Origin: a bacterium (Candidatus Blackallbacteria) CG13_big_fil_rev_8_21_14_2_50_49_14 | GTDB taxonomy: Bacteria > Cyanobacteriota > Sericytochromatia > UBA7694 | Reading direction: 5' to 3' | Assembly: GCA_002783405.1 (NCBI GenBank) | Contig: PFGG01000074.1 | Location: forward strand, 20,542-84,541 | DNA: 64,000 nt | Shown: positions 25,107 through 33,008 of the stretch, piece by piece | Layout of the letters: every line of letters begins with the position of its first letter | How positions within the stretch are numbered: position 1 is the stretch's first letter | Position numbers and translations under genes: made by a program | Notes under the pieces: generated by a model | Databases searched by the model: none | Seen by the model: only the letters and a program-made list of their open reading frames with translations | What the model was told of the DNA's origin: nothing

Positions 25107-25757
25107 TTATTTTTCGAATTTCAGGACTTGTAAAATACTGTCTGGTTCCATGCGCTGGGTATAATCCGCTTGAATATGAGCCAGAATGACTTTGCCTGAA
25201 CGATTCACCACATAAGTGGCGGGAATTGGCAATTCGGCTTGTGTGCTGCCATTGTGTTGGTTTAAATTAAGCTTTAAAAGCCCTCTGTAGACAGCCTGTA
25301 AATCTGGATTGACTGCAAAAACAAGCCCCAGAGAACGGGCATAGGCATTTTCTCTGTCGGTGAGCACTTCAAATTCCAAGGCCAGTTTTTCTTTTAAGTC
25401 GAGGCTGTGATCGGGTAATTCAGGTGAAATGGCGACCAATTGTGCCCCCAGCGCTTGAAGTTCTGGCAAGATGGCCTGTTGGGCTCGCAATTCCAAATTA
25501 CAATAGGGGCACCAACTGCCCCTGTAAAAACTGATCACCAGAGGTCCCTGGGCATAGAGATCCTGGATTGACAAGCTTTGCCCAAAGGCATTGGGCAGCA
25601 CTGCCTCGGGAATTTTCTGTCCCACCTGGAGTGCTTTTTCGGCCAGCCCACTGGCCCATAATTCTCTTAAACCTTTTTGTAAAATTGCTTTGGCTGTGGG
25701 GGGCATTTTTGCCAGTCCCTGGGTGTTTAAAGCTTGCAAAGCCTGATTTAATGACAT
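25107..25757 (-). CDS. Peroxiredoxin-like family protein (AhpC/TSA)
   Basis: 'GPLVISFYRGSWCPYCNLELRA'. The start is uncertain: 25757, 25793 and 25811 are all in frame. Confidence 0.75.
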   Translation of the reverse strand: MSLNQALQALNTQGLAKMPPTAKAILQKGLRELWASGLAEKALQVGQKIPEAVLPNAFGQSLSIQDLYAQGPLVISFYRGSWCPYCNLELRAQQAILPELQALGAQLVAISPELPDHSLDLKEKLALEFEVLTDRENAYARSLGLVFAVNPDLQAVYRGLLKLNLNQHNGSTQAELPIPATYVVNRSGKVILAHIQADYTQRMEPDSILQVLKFEK

Positions 25758-25843
25758 CGTTATTCGCCTTATCTTTTTTAGTGTGGGGTTCATGTGATTG
25801 ACCCCCCACACAAGAAAAATAAACTATAGGGGGTGAGGTATTC

Positions 25844-25859
25844 TGTCAGGAGCCTGACA
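25844..25859. promoter_or_regulatory. CRP-type palindrome TGTCA-GGAGCC-TGACA
   Basis: Perfect 5+5 match (7+7 if extended: TGTCAGG/CCTGACA), just upstream of the peroxiredoxin operon. Confidence 0.55.
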
Positions 25860-26137
25860 ATTGATAAATTAAACTATTAGGTTTGAATGGGCCTGCTCAG
25901 TGCTCTCAAATTGTGGGTTTAAGATAGCAGGGAGCCCGTCTTTTTCGGGCACCCCTGCTTCCAATTCATTTAATCTTTGTTTTTTGCGTGTCTGTCATTG
26001 AGTGATTGAGGGGCTCCTGATTGAGTGGATAAACCGATGAAAATGGCCAGGGTAGTTGTTTGGCTTCATTTTCATCGGGGGTCTCAATTCGAAAATTGAA
26101 GACTTGCTTATATTAGATTTTGTTGATGCAAACAGGC

Positions 26138-26153
26138 TGTCAGGTAGCTGACA
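26138..26153. promoter_or_regulatory. CRP-type palindrome TGTCA-GGTAGC-TGACA
   Basis: Perfect 5+5 match upstream of the thioredoxin/ccdA operon. Its centre is 33 bp from the next copy. Confidence 0.55.
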
Positions 26154-26170
26154 AATATTTTCCAGATCTT

Positions 26171-26186
26171 TGTCAACCATCTGACA
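26171..26186. promoter_or_regulatory. CRP-type palindrome TGTCA-ACCATC-TGACA
   Basis: Perfect 5+5 match, about 100 bp upstream of the thioredoxin ATG. Confidence 0.55.
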
Positions 26187-26283
26187 TATTTTTTGATTTC
26201 AACCCTGTAGATTGAAGAACAGGAAAGCTGAATCTCAGCTGTTTCCAATTAAAAATTGAATCCAGGAGTTTTGAAATCTCAAG

Positions 26284-26736
26284 ATGTTTAAACCCGTTAT
26301 TTTATCTCTATTTGCTCTGTTACTGAGTGCTGGTTCCCTTACCCTGCCCGCAATGGCTGAAAAGGCACCTGCTTCTCAAACCCAGACCCAACCTGCCAAA
26401 GCCCAAGTGAAGCCGATTGTTGCTGTTGTCAAAGCCGATTGGTGCCCGGCCTGTCAAAAGATTTCTCCCACCCTCATGGGGTTGATGAAAGACTATATGA
26501 ACAAAGCCGATTGGGTGGTTCTGGATGTAACAAACCCCAAAACCACTGCCGAGGCTGAGAAAAAAGCCAAACAGCTGGGGCTTGAAAAATTCTATGCTGA
26601 ATTTGGTGCAAAGACTTCTACCGTGGCGATTATTGACCCCCAGACTAAAAAAGTCTTGAAAATGTTTATGGCAGAAGGCAAGCGTGAAAAATATGTTCTG
26701 GCGCTGAATCAAGCCCTGGCTGCCCATCAGGAGTAA
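26284..26736 (+). CDS. Secreted thioredoxin-family protein
   Basis: Signal peptide 'LSLFALLLSAGSLTLPAMA' and 'KADWCPACQK'. Confidence 0.8.
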   Translation: MFKPVILSLFALLLSAGSLTLPAMAEKAPASQTQTQPAKAQVKPIVAVVKADWCPACQKISPTLMGLMKDYMNKADWVVLDVTNPKTTAEAEKKAKQLGLEKFYAEFGAKTSTVAIIDPQTKKVLKMFMAEGKREKYVLALNQALAAHQE

Positions 26737-26741
26737 GTAAA

Positions 26742-27569
26742 ATGGCTATCCGTTCTGAGCAAAAGCAGCAGAAAATTTCCTGGCAGGTTTTGGGAGTGGG
26801 TTTGTTTTTAACCTGCTTTCTTCTACTGGGACTGACAGCTCTTTTTCGTCCGCTTTTGCTGGAGCGGGTACTCAGCTTTTCTGAAGGCTGGTTTTCTGAG
26901 TTGCTTGAAAAACAAAGTGCTGGTTTGCCTTTTCCAGCACTTTTGGGATTGGCCTTTGCCGGGGGCCTTTTGGGCAGTATTTCGCCCTGTATTTTGGCGA
27001 TGTTGCCCATGAATTTGGGCTATATTGGCACACTCAAGATTGAAAGCCGTTGGGATGCCCTGCGCAAATCAGGGGCTTTTGTTTTGGGCGTTGTTTTGAT
27101 TACCAGTCTGTTTGGCTTGGCCTCAGGATTTGCCCAGGCTGTGATGGTAACCTATAAGGGCTGGCTGTATAGCGTGGTTGCTTTAATTGTGCTGGTGATG
27201 GCTGCGGCCATGCTGGAGTGGATTCACTTGCCCCTGCCCCAGGTGGTGAAACGAATGCCGAGTGCTGGCCCCTTTGTCGTCGGGGTGGCCTTTGCCCTGA
27301 TCAGTTCACCCTGTGCCAGTCCTGTACTGTTTGGTGTCTTGGCCCTGGCGGCCACTTCGGGAAATCCTTTGCTTTCGATTGCAACCATGGCTGCCTATGG
27401 TTTGGGGTATACGCTTCTGATTTTTCTTGCCAGCCTGTTTACGGGCCTGAGCAAACAGGTCGGGATTCTCAAATACCATGGTGCTCTGATTAATCGGATC
27501 TCGGCTTCCCTTTTGATTTTGGCAGGGATTTGGGCTTTGGTGGAAGGGGCGCGCTGGTTTCTGGCCTAG
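26742..27569 (+). CDS. ccdA: CcdA/DsbD-family thiol:disulfide transmembrane electron transporter
   Basis: Polytopic membrane protein with the two conserved Cys motifs 'SPCILAMLP' and 'SSPCASPVL'. Confidence 0.75.
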   Translation: MAIRSEQKQQKISWQVLGVGLFLTCFLLLGLTALFRPLLLERVLSFSEGWFSELLEKQSAGLPFPALLGLAFAGGLLGSISPCILAMLPMNLGYIGTLKIESRWDALRKSGAFVLGVVLITSLFGLASGFAQAVMVTYKGWLYSVVALIVLVMAAAMLEWIHLPLPQVVKRMPSAGPFVVGVAFALISSPCASPVLFGVLALAATSGNPLLSIATMAAYGLGYTLLIFLASLFTGLSKQVGILKYHGALINRISASLLILAGIWALVEGARWFLA

Positions 27570-27593
27570 AGTTGTTGCCTGATTCTCAGGGCT

Positions 27594-29591
27594 TCAATGG
27601 CTGTGAGGAATAGCCAGAACCGCTTCGTGAATGCCGTGCTGACCAATATTCAGCTCGCGTGAAACCGTTTGAAACGGGTTTTCAACTCGGGGGGCATTCT
27701 GAGGGCAGGCCCTGAGCCAGAGGCTGAAGGCTTCCTGTTCTTCGCTGGGGGGCAAGCCCAGTGATTCCAGCAAGGGCAATACTTGTTCCTGAAAGGGTTT
27801 GAAGCTGGCCTGGCCAAAACGCAGAAATTCGCTTTCATGCACCACCAGTTCCTGGCTTTCCAGCAGGCTTTTCAGGCCTTGGGGGCTGAAAAACCGGCAA
27901 GCGCCCTGTTCCTGAACAGAAAAGGGGGTGAGTTGCCAGCTGCCGCGCAGCAGGTGGTAGAGCACGGAGAGGTGGCGAACATTGTAAGAGATGGCGATGA
28001 TTTCTCCTCCCTCCGCCAGGTGTTTGTTTCTCAGGGTTTGCAGGCAGGTAACGGGGTCTCTGAGTTTTTCCAGGGCATGCAGCAAAACAATCCGCTCATA
28101 GCGGGTCTCGCCCAGGCTCTCTAGATCAGTGGTTCCATCTGCAACCGGAAGAAAATCAAGCTGTTCTTCTTCAAAATGGTCCCAGGTGCCCAGGTTCTGG
28201 GCGCTGAGCAGCAAGACCGAGGCCACTCCGACCTGGGCTTTGATCCGTCCATAGAGATATTGGTAATAGGCCCGCTTGATATGCATGTCTGTAAAGGCCT
28301 GGCGATCATTTTCGGGCTGGGATTGAAAATGGCGGAAATGTTCATAAACAGGCACAAAGCTGCGGGCGTCAATATGTTGATTGAGATAAACGGTTTCGCC
28401 GGGTTCCAGGCTTAAATCGAGGGCGTTCCAACGCTGAAAGTTTTCATCGACCAATTTGCGCTCTTGGGCTTCATGCCAGAATTCAGTCCCTGGATAGGGC
28501 GTGGAGATCAGCACTGAAAGTTTCCAGATTCGATCGCGGTTATTGCGAATAAACCACCAGGTGCGGGCCAAGTCTTCCCAGGTTTCATCGGGAGAGCCCA
28601 CCATATAGCTGCCGACCACGGCAATGCCATAGCGCTCACAGAGTTGGAGGGCCCGCAGGGCTTCGCGGGCTGTGGTTTTGCCCTTGAGCTGTTTGAGGAT
28701 CTTATCACTGGCAGATTCAAAGCCAAAACCAATAATCTGCCCATTCATGGCGGCAATCAGCTCAACAATTTCGGTATCAAAGACATTGGCGCGGGTATTC
28801 AGGGTAAAGCCCACCTTGCGGTGCAGGCCTTTGGCGCGAATGGCTTCGACGACGGTACGCAGACGTTTGCGGTTGAGGGGAAAGAGATCATCGTTGATTG
28901 CGATCAGGGTTTGTTGGGGGTAATCGCGGACAATGTCTTCAATTTCTTCAATAATACGGGGGATAGAATGGTAGCGTGTGCGCTGCCAGAAACGGGTAGA
29001 GGCGCAATAGGTGCACTGATACGGACAGCCTCGGGCGGTAAACAGGGGCTGTTGCCAGAGTTGATCCGGGCGATGGATCAAGGCCCTGTCGGGTTTGGGC
29101 AATTCGTCAAGCTCCATCATCCAGGGGCGGGGCGGGGTTTGTACCCGTTTGCCCTCGTGCCAGAAGACAATCCCCTGCACCTTTTCAAGGTTTTCGGGGG
29201 TGGCCTGTTTGTTCAAGTAGAGTTCCATCAGCTCGCGCAGGGTGATTTCACCTTCGCCGATCACGCCAATATCTACTTCTTCAGGCAAGCTTTCGGGCGC
29301 AGCAGAAATATGTTCACCCCCGACAATAATCGGAATTTCAGGGGCCATGCGTTTCAGCCAGCGGGCGTGGCGCATGACATGCTCAAAGGTCTCTGTAAAC
29401 GAGGTCATGCCGATAATATCCGGCCCGTGACGCAGCAGACGTTCTGGGTCATCGACCTCCAGCACAATGTCTTCATCTTTGAAATGCAAATCGCGTTTCA
29501 GGATGGCTGAGAGATAGCTCAGGCCGAGAGGGCCGATGGTGGAACCACTGCCTCCGCCTTTGCCCTGAAAATACAGCAAGCCTAAACGCAT
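27594..29591 (-). CDS. B12-binding radical SAM enzyme fused to a degenerate class I methyltransferase-like C-terminal domain
   Basis: N-terminal B12-binding-like region, 'ARGCPYQCTYCAS' CxxxCxxC, and a C-terminal segment 'YERIVLLHALEKLRDPVTCLQTLRNKHLAEGGEIIAISYN'. No clear GxGxG motif. Confidence 0.7.
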   Translation of the reverse strand: MRLGLLYFQGKGGGSGSTIGPLGLSYLSAILKRDLHFKDEDIVLEVDDPERLLRHGPDIIGMTSFTETFEHVMRHARWLKRMAPEIPIIVGGEHISAAPESLPEEVDIGVIGEGEITLRELMELYLNKQATPENLEKVQGIVFWHEGKRVQTPPRPWMMELDELPKPDRALIHRPDQLWQQPLFTARGCPYQCTYCASTRFWQRTRYHSIPRIIEEIEDIVRDYPQQTLIAINDDLFPLNRKRLRTVVEAIRAKGLHRKVGFTLNTRANVFDTEIVELIAAMNGQIIGFGFESASDKILKQLKGKTTAREALRALQLCERYGIAVVGSYMVGSPDETWEDLARTWWFIRNNRDRIWKLSVLISTPYPGTEFWHEAQERKLVDENFQRWNALDLSLEPGETVYLNQHIDARSFVPVYEHFRHFQSQPENDRQAFTDMHIKRAYYQYLYGRIKAQVGVASVLLLSAQNLGTWDHFEEEQLDFLPVADGTTDLESLGETRYERIVLLHALEKLRDPVTCLQTLRNKHLAEGGEIIAISYNVRHLSVLYHLLRGSWQLTPFSVQEQGACRFFSPQGLKSLLESQELVVHESEFLRFGQASFKPFQEQVLPLLESLGLPPSEEQEAFSLWLRACPQNAPRVENPFQTVSRELNIGQHGIHEAVLAIPHSH

Positions 29592-29629
29592 GTAAAATTC
29601 CTCATTTGCAGGGATAAGATTCCCTTATG

Positions 29630-31756
29630 CTAGCAAAAGCCGGCACTTAATTCAATATGGGTGGGAGATTTCAATTTTTCTTTTTGAAGGTAGGCTTGCC
29701 AGCAGCGGGTATAAGCGGCCTCGACGGTTTTGACAAAGTTTTCGCTTTGGCAGAGAGGGGATGTGAGTAGATCATTGCGCAGGCTCTGGTGATAACTTTG
29801 CAAGCGGGAGCGATCGTGGAGCAAATCCAATGCCTTTTGCTGGTAGTCTTCAACGCTTTGGGCAATCAGTTCAGGATGCCCCAGTGCGGTCAGGATACTG
29901 CTGCCAGAACTCATGGGGCCTGCCAGACTGAGCACCGGGCGAGACATCCACAGCGCTTCAAGGGTGGAGACGCCTCCCTGATAGGGGAAGGGATCCAAGA
30001 CCAAATCCAGCTCCTGATAAAAAGCCAAATGTTCTTCGTGGGAGCTGGGGCCCAAAAGTTCTACCTGCTGGGCGAGAGCACCCCAGGCTTTAATTTTTTG
30101 AAGAAAGCGCTCACGTGTGCCTGCATCTCCCAGGGCTGTGGCTTTGATTCTGAGCCGGGCTCCAGGCAGGGCCTGTAAAATTTCATGCCAGCATTGCAGC
30201 ACCTGCTGATTCAGCTTAAACAGACTGTTGCCTGTGCCCAGCACCAGCGGGGCTGCTTTTGCGCGTGGTACCAAGGAGGGCGCTGTATCAGGGGGCGTCC
30301 AATGCATGAATTCGGGAAGATAAAGCACGGTTTCACTGAACTCAGAAACACTGCTGCGGGGGGTGATCTGGGCATCGGAAAAGAAATAGTCCATGCCGGG
30401 CAATCCCGTAGCATCTCCATAGCCCAGTCCTGTGAACTGCAGGGGAGCCGGATGCTGTAAAAATACTTTCAGGCGGTGTCCTTTGGTCTGCCCATTCATG
30501 TCGACCAACAGATCGATCTGGTCTTCACGTATTTGTTCGACCACTTCGGCATCGCTGAGATAGGCAATATTGCGCCAATGACTGTCTCTTTCCCCTTCGG
30601 GCAACAGACTTTTTAAACGCAGGGTTTCACTGTCGGGTGTGAACACATTGGCGTAAACAAAAATTTCGAATTTTTCCAGATTGTGGTGGCGCAGCAGCAT
30701 TTCACTGGTCATGGCGGCTGAGTGCTGACGTAGATCGGCAGAAACATAGCCGATACGCAGGCGTTCTGAGCTTGAATTTTTTGCTGGCCGTGCTGGAGAT
30801 GCCTGAAGCAGGGGCCAGCTTTTTTTCTGAAGAGCCCGTCGCTCTTGCTGGCTGACAGTGGGCAGGCAACGCAGGCAAAAATCGAGGTGAATCAAAATTT
30901 CATCCTGGCCTTCAAGGCTTTGCGCATAGGCTGATTCAAGCCATTCGCGTGCAGACTCTGCTTCTCCCTGCATCAACGCGATTTGACCGAAATAGGCCAT
31001 AAAGCGGGGGTTTTGCGGGTCTAAACGCAAGGCCTCTTGCAGACATTGGCGGGCGGCTTCGTATTCGCCGACCTGGTTCAAAACCTGCCCCAATTGGGCA
31101 TAGGCTTCGGCTTGGCTGCTTTCGCGTTTCAACGCTTCCTGGCAGGCTTTAAAGGCCTGGGCCCCTTGTTCATGCTCAAAAAAAACCTGGGCGATGCTGA
31201 GATAAATGGAGGCAGCGTCTGGTTTGAGCAGCAGGGCCTGTTCCATTTGCCGCAATGCGGCTGGCAGCCTGCCTGTTTTGCTGAGCAGAAGCCCCAGATT
31301 TTGGTGAGCTTCAGCCAGTTTGGGCTCTAAAAAAAGCGCCTGCTCACAGGCTTCTATTGCTTCCTTGCGCTTGCCCAAACGTTCAAGCACTTCTGAAAGA
31401 CTGACAAATATTTCAGCCTGGAGAGGCGCTTTGCCCAAGGCCTGAAGATAATATTCGGCTGCTTTTTGCCATTGGCCCTGGCGGTGAAAAAGCAGGCCCA
31501 GATTTTGCAGAATTTCAGCCTGATCCGGCAGGCATGCCAAGGCTTCTTCCAAACAGGGCTGAGCTTCAGAATAGGCTTTGAGATCGATCAAAACCAAGCC
31601 CAAACCATTGAGGTTTTCGGGGCTGCGGGAAAGTTCAAGCGCTTTTTGATAAGCTGCTCTTGCGCGCTTCAGATCGCCTTTGCGATAGGCCTTTTCACCC
31701 TCTAAACTCCACGGGGTAGCTTGGGGGGCATCAGGGGCTGGTTCGTGCGGGCACAT
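29630..31756 (-). CDS. TPR-repeat O-GlcNAc-transferase (SPINDLY/GT41-like) family protein
   Basis: More than 6 TPR units, then 'RLRIGYVSADLRQHSAAMTSEMLLRHHNLEKFEIFVYA', typical of GT41 C-terminal domains. Start at Met16 (31756) or 31801. Confidence 0.7.
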   Translation of the reverse strand: MCPHEPAPDAPQATPWSLEGEKAYRKGDLKRARAAYQKALELSRSPENLNGLGLVLIDLKAYSEAQPCLEEALACLPDQAEILQNLGLLFHRQGQWQKAAEYYLQALGKAPLQAEIFVSLSEVLERLGKRKEAIEACEQALFLEPKLAEAHQNLGLLLSKTGRLPAALRQMEQALLLKPDAASIYLSIAQVFFEHEQGAQAFKACQEALKRESSQAEAYAQLGQVLNQVGEYEAARQCLQEALRLDPQNPRFMAYFGQIALMQGEAESAREWLESAYAQSLEGQDEILIHLDFCLRCLPTVSQQERRALQKKSWPLLQASPARPAKNSSSERLRIGYVSADLRQHSAAMTSEMLLRHHNLEKFEIFVYANVFTPDSETLRLKSLLPEGERDSHWRNIAYLSDAEVVEQIREDQIDLLVDMNGQTKGHRLKVFLQHPAPLQFTGLGYGDATGLPGMDYFFSDAQITPRSSVSEFSETVLYLPEFMHWTPPDTAPSLVPRAKAAPLVLGTGNSLFKLNQQVLQCWHEILQALPGARLRIKATALGDAGTRERFLQKIKAWGALAQQVELLGPSSHEEHLAFYQELDLVLDPFPYQGGVSTLEALWMSRPVLSLAGPMSSGSSILTALGHPELIAQSVEDYQQKALDLLHDRSRLQSYHQSLRNDLLTSPLCQSENFVKTVEAAYTRCWQAYLQKEKLKSPTHIELSAGFC

Positions 31757-32864
31757 CTTTTGCAAAAATCCTTCCGGCCTGGGCTGCTTGAATCGCTTCA
31801 AGATCGGCGGGTGTCAGCAGGCCCTGATTCAGCAGAATTTGAGCGGCCTCTACCGCGTCACGGGTCAGATAGGTGCCTTGAAAACGGGGATCCTGGGCTT
31901 GAGCCTGCGTGACATTGTTAATAAAAATACCTTTGACGCGCCCTGGAAATTCCTGGGCAATCTGGCGGTAGATTTCAGGATCTTTTTCACCGCTGTCTCC
32001 GAAAAAAAGAAAACTTTTCTGGGGATAGGTGGCGAATAACTGGCGCAGACGTGAGAGTTTAAAGGCGTATTGTTCCAAGGGGCTGTCATCGGTTTTGCCA
32101 AAGCCCCATTTTTTCAGTTCAATTGCGCCGGTAGGAAAGGTGCGAAAGTCCATAAAACGGTAAATATACGGCGAGAGGTTAAAGGGGCTGCCGCTGATAT
32201 ACGTGATATCGCCATCGGCTTGGCCGTCGCGGTTTTCAAGGCGTTGGTAGAGCATGGCGGTGCCGGGAATGGGTTCTGAACTGTAGGAATTGCTGAAGAG
32301 CAGCCGGCGCAGGGCATTGAGCTTTTGGGTGACATTGCTGAGTTTAATCGTATCGTCGATATCTGAAACAATGCCGATATCCTGGCTGTTCAGGCTTTGG
32401 ATCACGATTTTTTCCGAGCTGGGTGGGGCTGTTGCTTTCTGACCGGGTGCCAACTCGGCCTGCAAAGTATAAAGGCCTGCTGACAGGGGGCCAAAAGCAC
32501 CGATTGGCGCTTGAATCATGCCTTCTTTATCGCTGATCAGGGTGATCTGTTTGCCATTTAGGCTGAAGATCACCTGTATGCCGGGCACTTCTTTGACGCT
32601 CAGCGAGGTGAGATTGCGCCAGAAATTAACCAGTGAAGAATCATGGGGGCTTTCAGGTTTTTGATTCTCGGCTTGAATGACGCGGGCCTTGAGCCAAACC
32701 TGACTTTCGTTGCCATAACTGCGAAAAAGGCGGATATCAAGTTTTTTTGCGCTTCTCTGTGCTTCCAACTGAGCGGAGCCAAGTGCGGTGGTTTGCACCA
32801 TCTGGAGGGGGTAACTGCTGCAGGAACACAGCAGCAGGAGGCTGAAGAGTAATTGTTTTTTCAT
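31731..32864 (-). CDS. Lipoprotein with an APP1-type phosphatidate phosphatase (DUF2183) domain
   Basis: Lipobox 'LLLLCSCS'. 'VSDIDDTIK' (DxDxT), 'YISGSP' and 'FGDSGEKDPEIY'. Confidence 0.65.
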   Translation of the reverse strand: MKKQLLFSLLLLCSCSSYPLQMVQTTALGSAQLEAQRSAKKLDIRLFRSYGNESQVWLKARVIQAENQKPESPHDSSLVNFWRNLTSLSVKEVPGIQVIFSLNGKQITLISDKEGMIQAPIGAFGPLSAGLYTLQAELAPGQKATAPPSSEKIVIQSLNSQDIGIVSDIDDTIKLSNVTQKLNALRRLLFSNSYSSEPIPGTAMLYQRLENRDGQADGDITYISGSPFNLSPYIYRFMDFRTFPTGAIELKKWGFGKTDDSPLEQYAFKLSRLRQLFATYPQKSFLFFGDSGEKDPEIYRQIAQEFPGRVKGIFINNVTQAQAQDPRFQGTYLTRDAVEAAQILLNQGLLTPADLEAIQAAQAGRIFAKDVPARTSP

Positions 32865-32992
32865 GGTGAGCTTTCAACTAAACGCCTGGATAAAGATAAT
32901 CTCTATTATAGTATATTCTCGGCTTGTTTATTTTTCAGGTCTGTATTTCAGGGTCTGGGGGGCAAACCCCTAGAGAAGAGGTGAACCGGCCG

Positions 32993-33001
32993 TGATATAA
33001 T
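32993..33001 (+). promoter_or_regulatory. Extended -10 (TGATATAAT) only 7 nt before the ATG: possible leaderless transcript
   Basis: Read directly. TATAAT at 32996-33001 and ATG at 33009. Confidence 0.3.
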
Positions 33002-33008
33002 ACACCCC

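Noticed and set aside
25995-26180. 61-aa minus-strand ORF in the prx/trx divergent spacer
   Set aside because: It has no SD sequence and odd composition, and it overlaps one of the palindrome sites (26138) and abuts the second (26171). It is more likely non-coding control DNA.
28644-29510. 288-aa plus-strand ORF
   Set aside because: It is antisense to the radical SAM gene (CxxxCxxC present on the minus strand).
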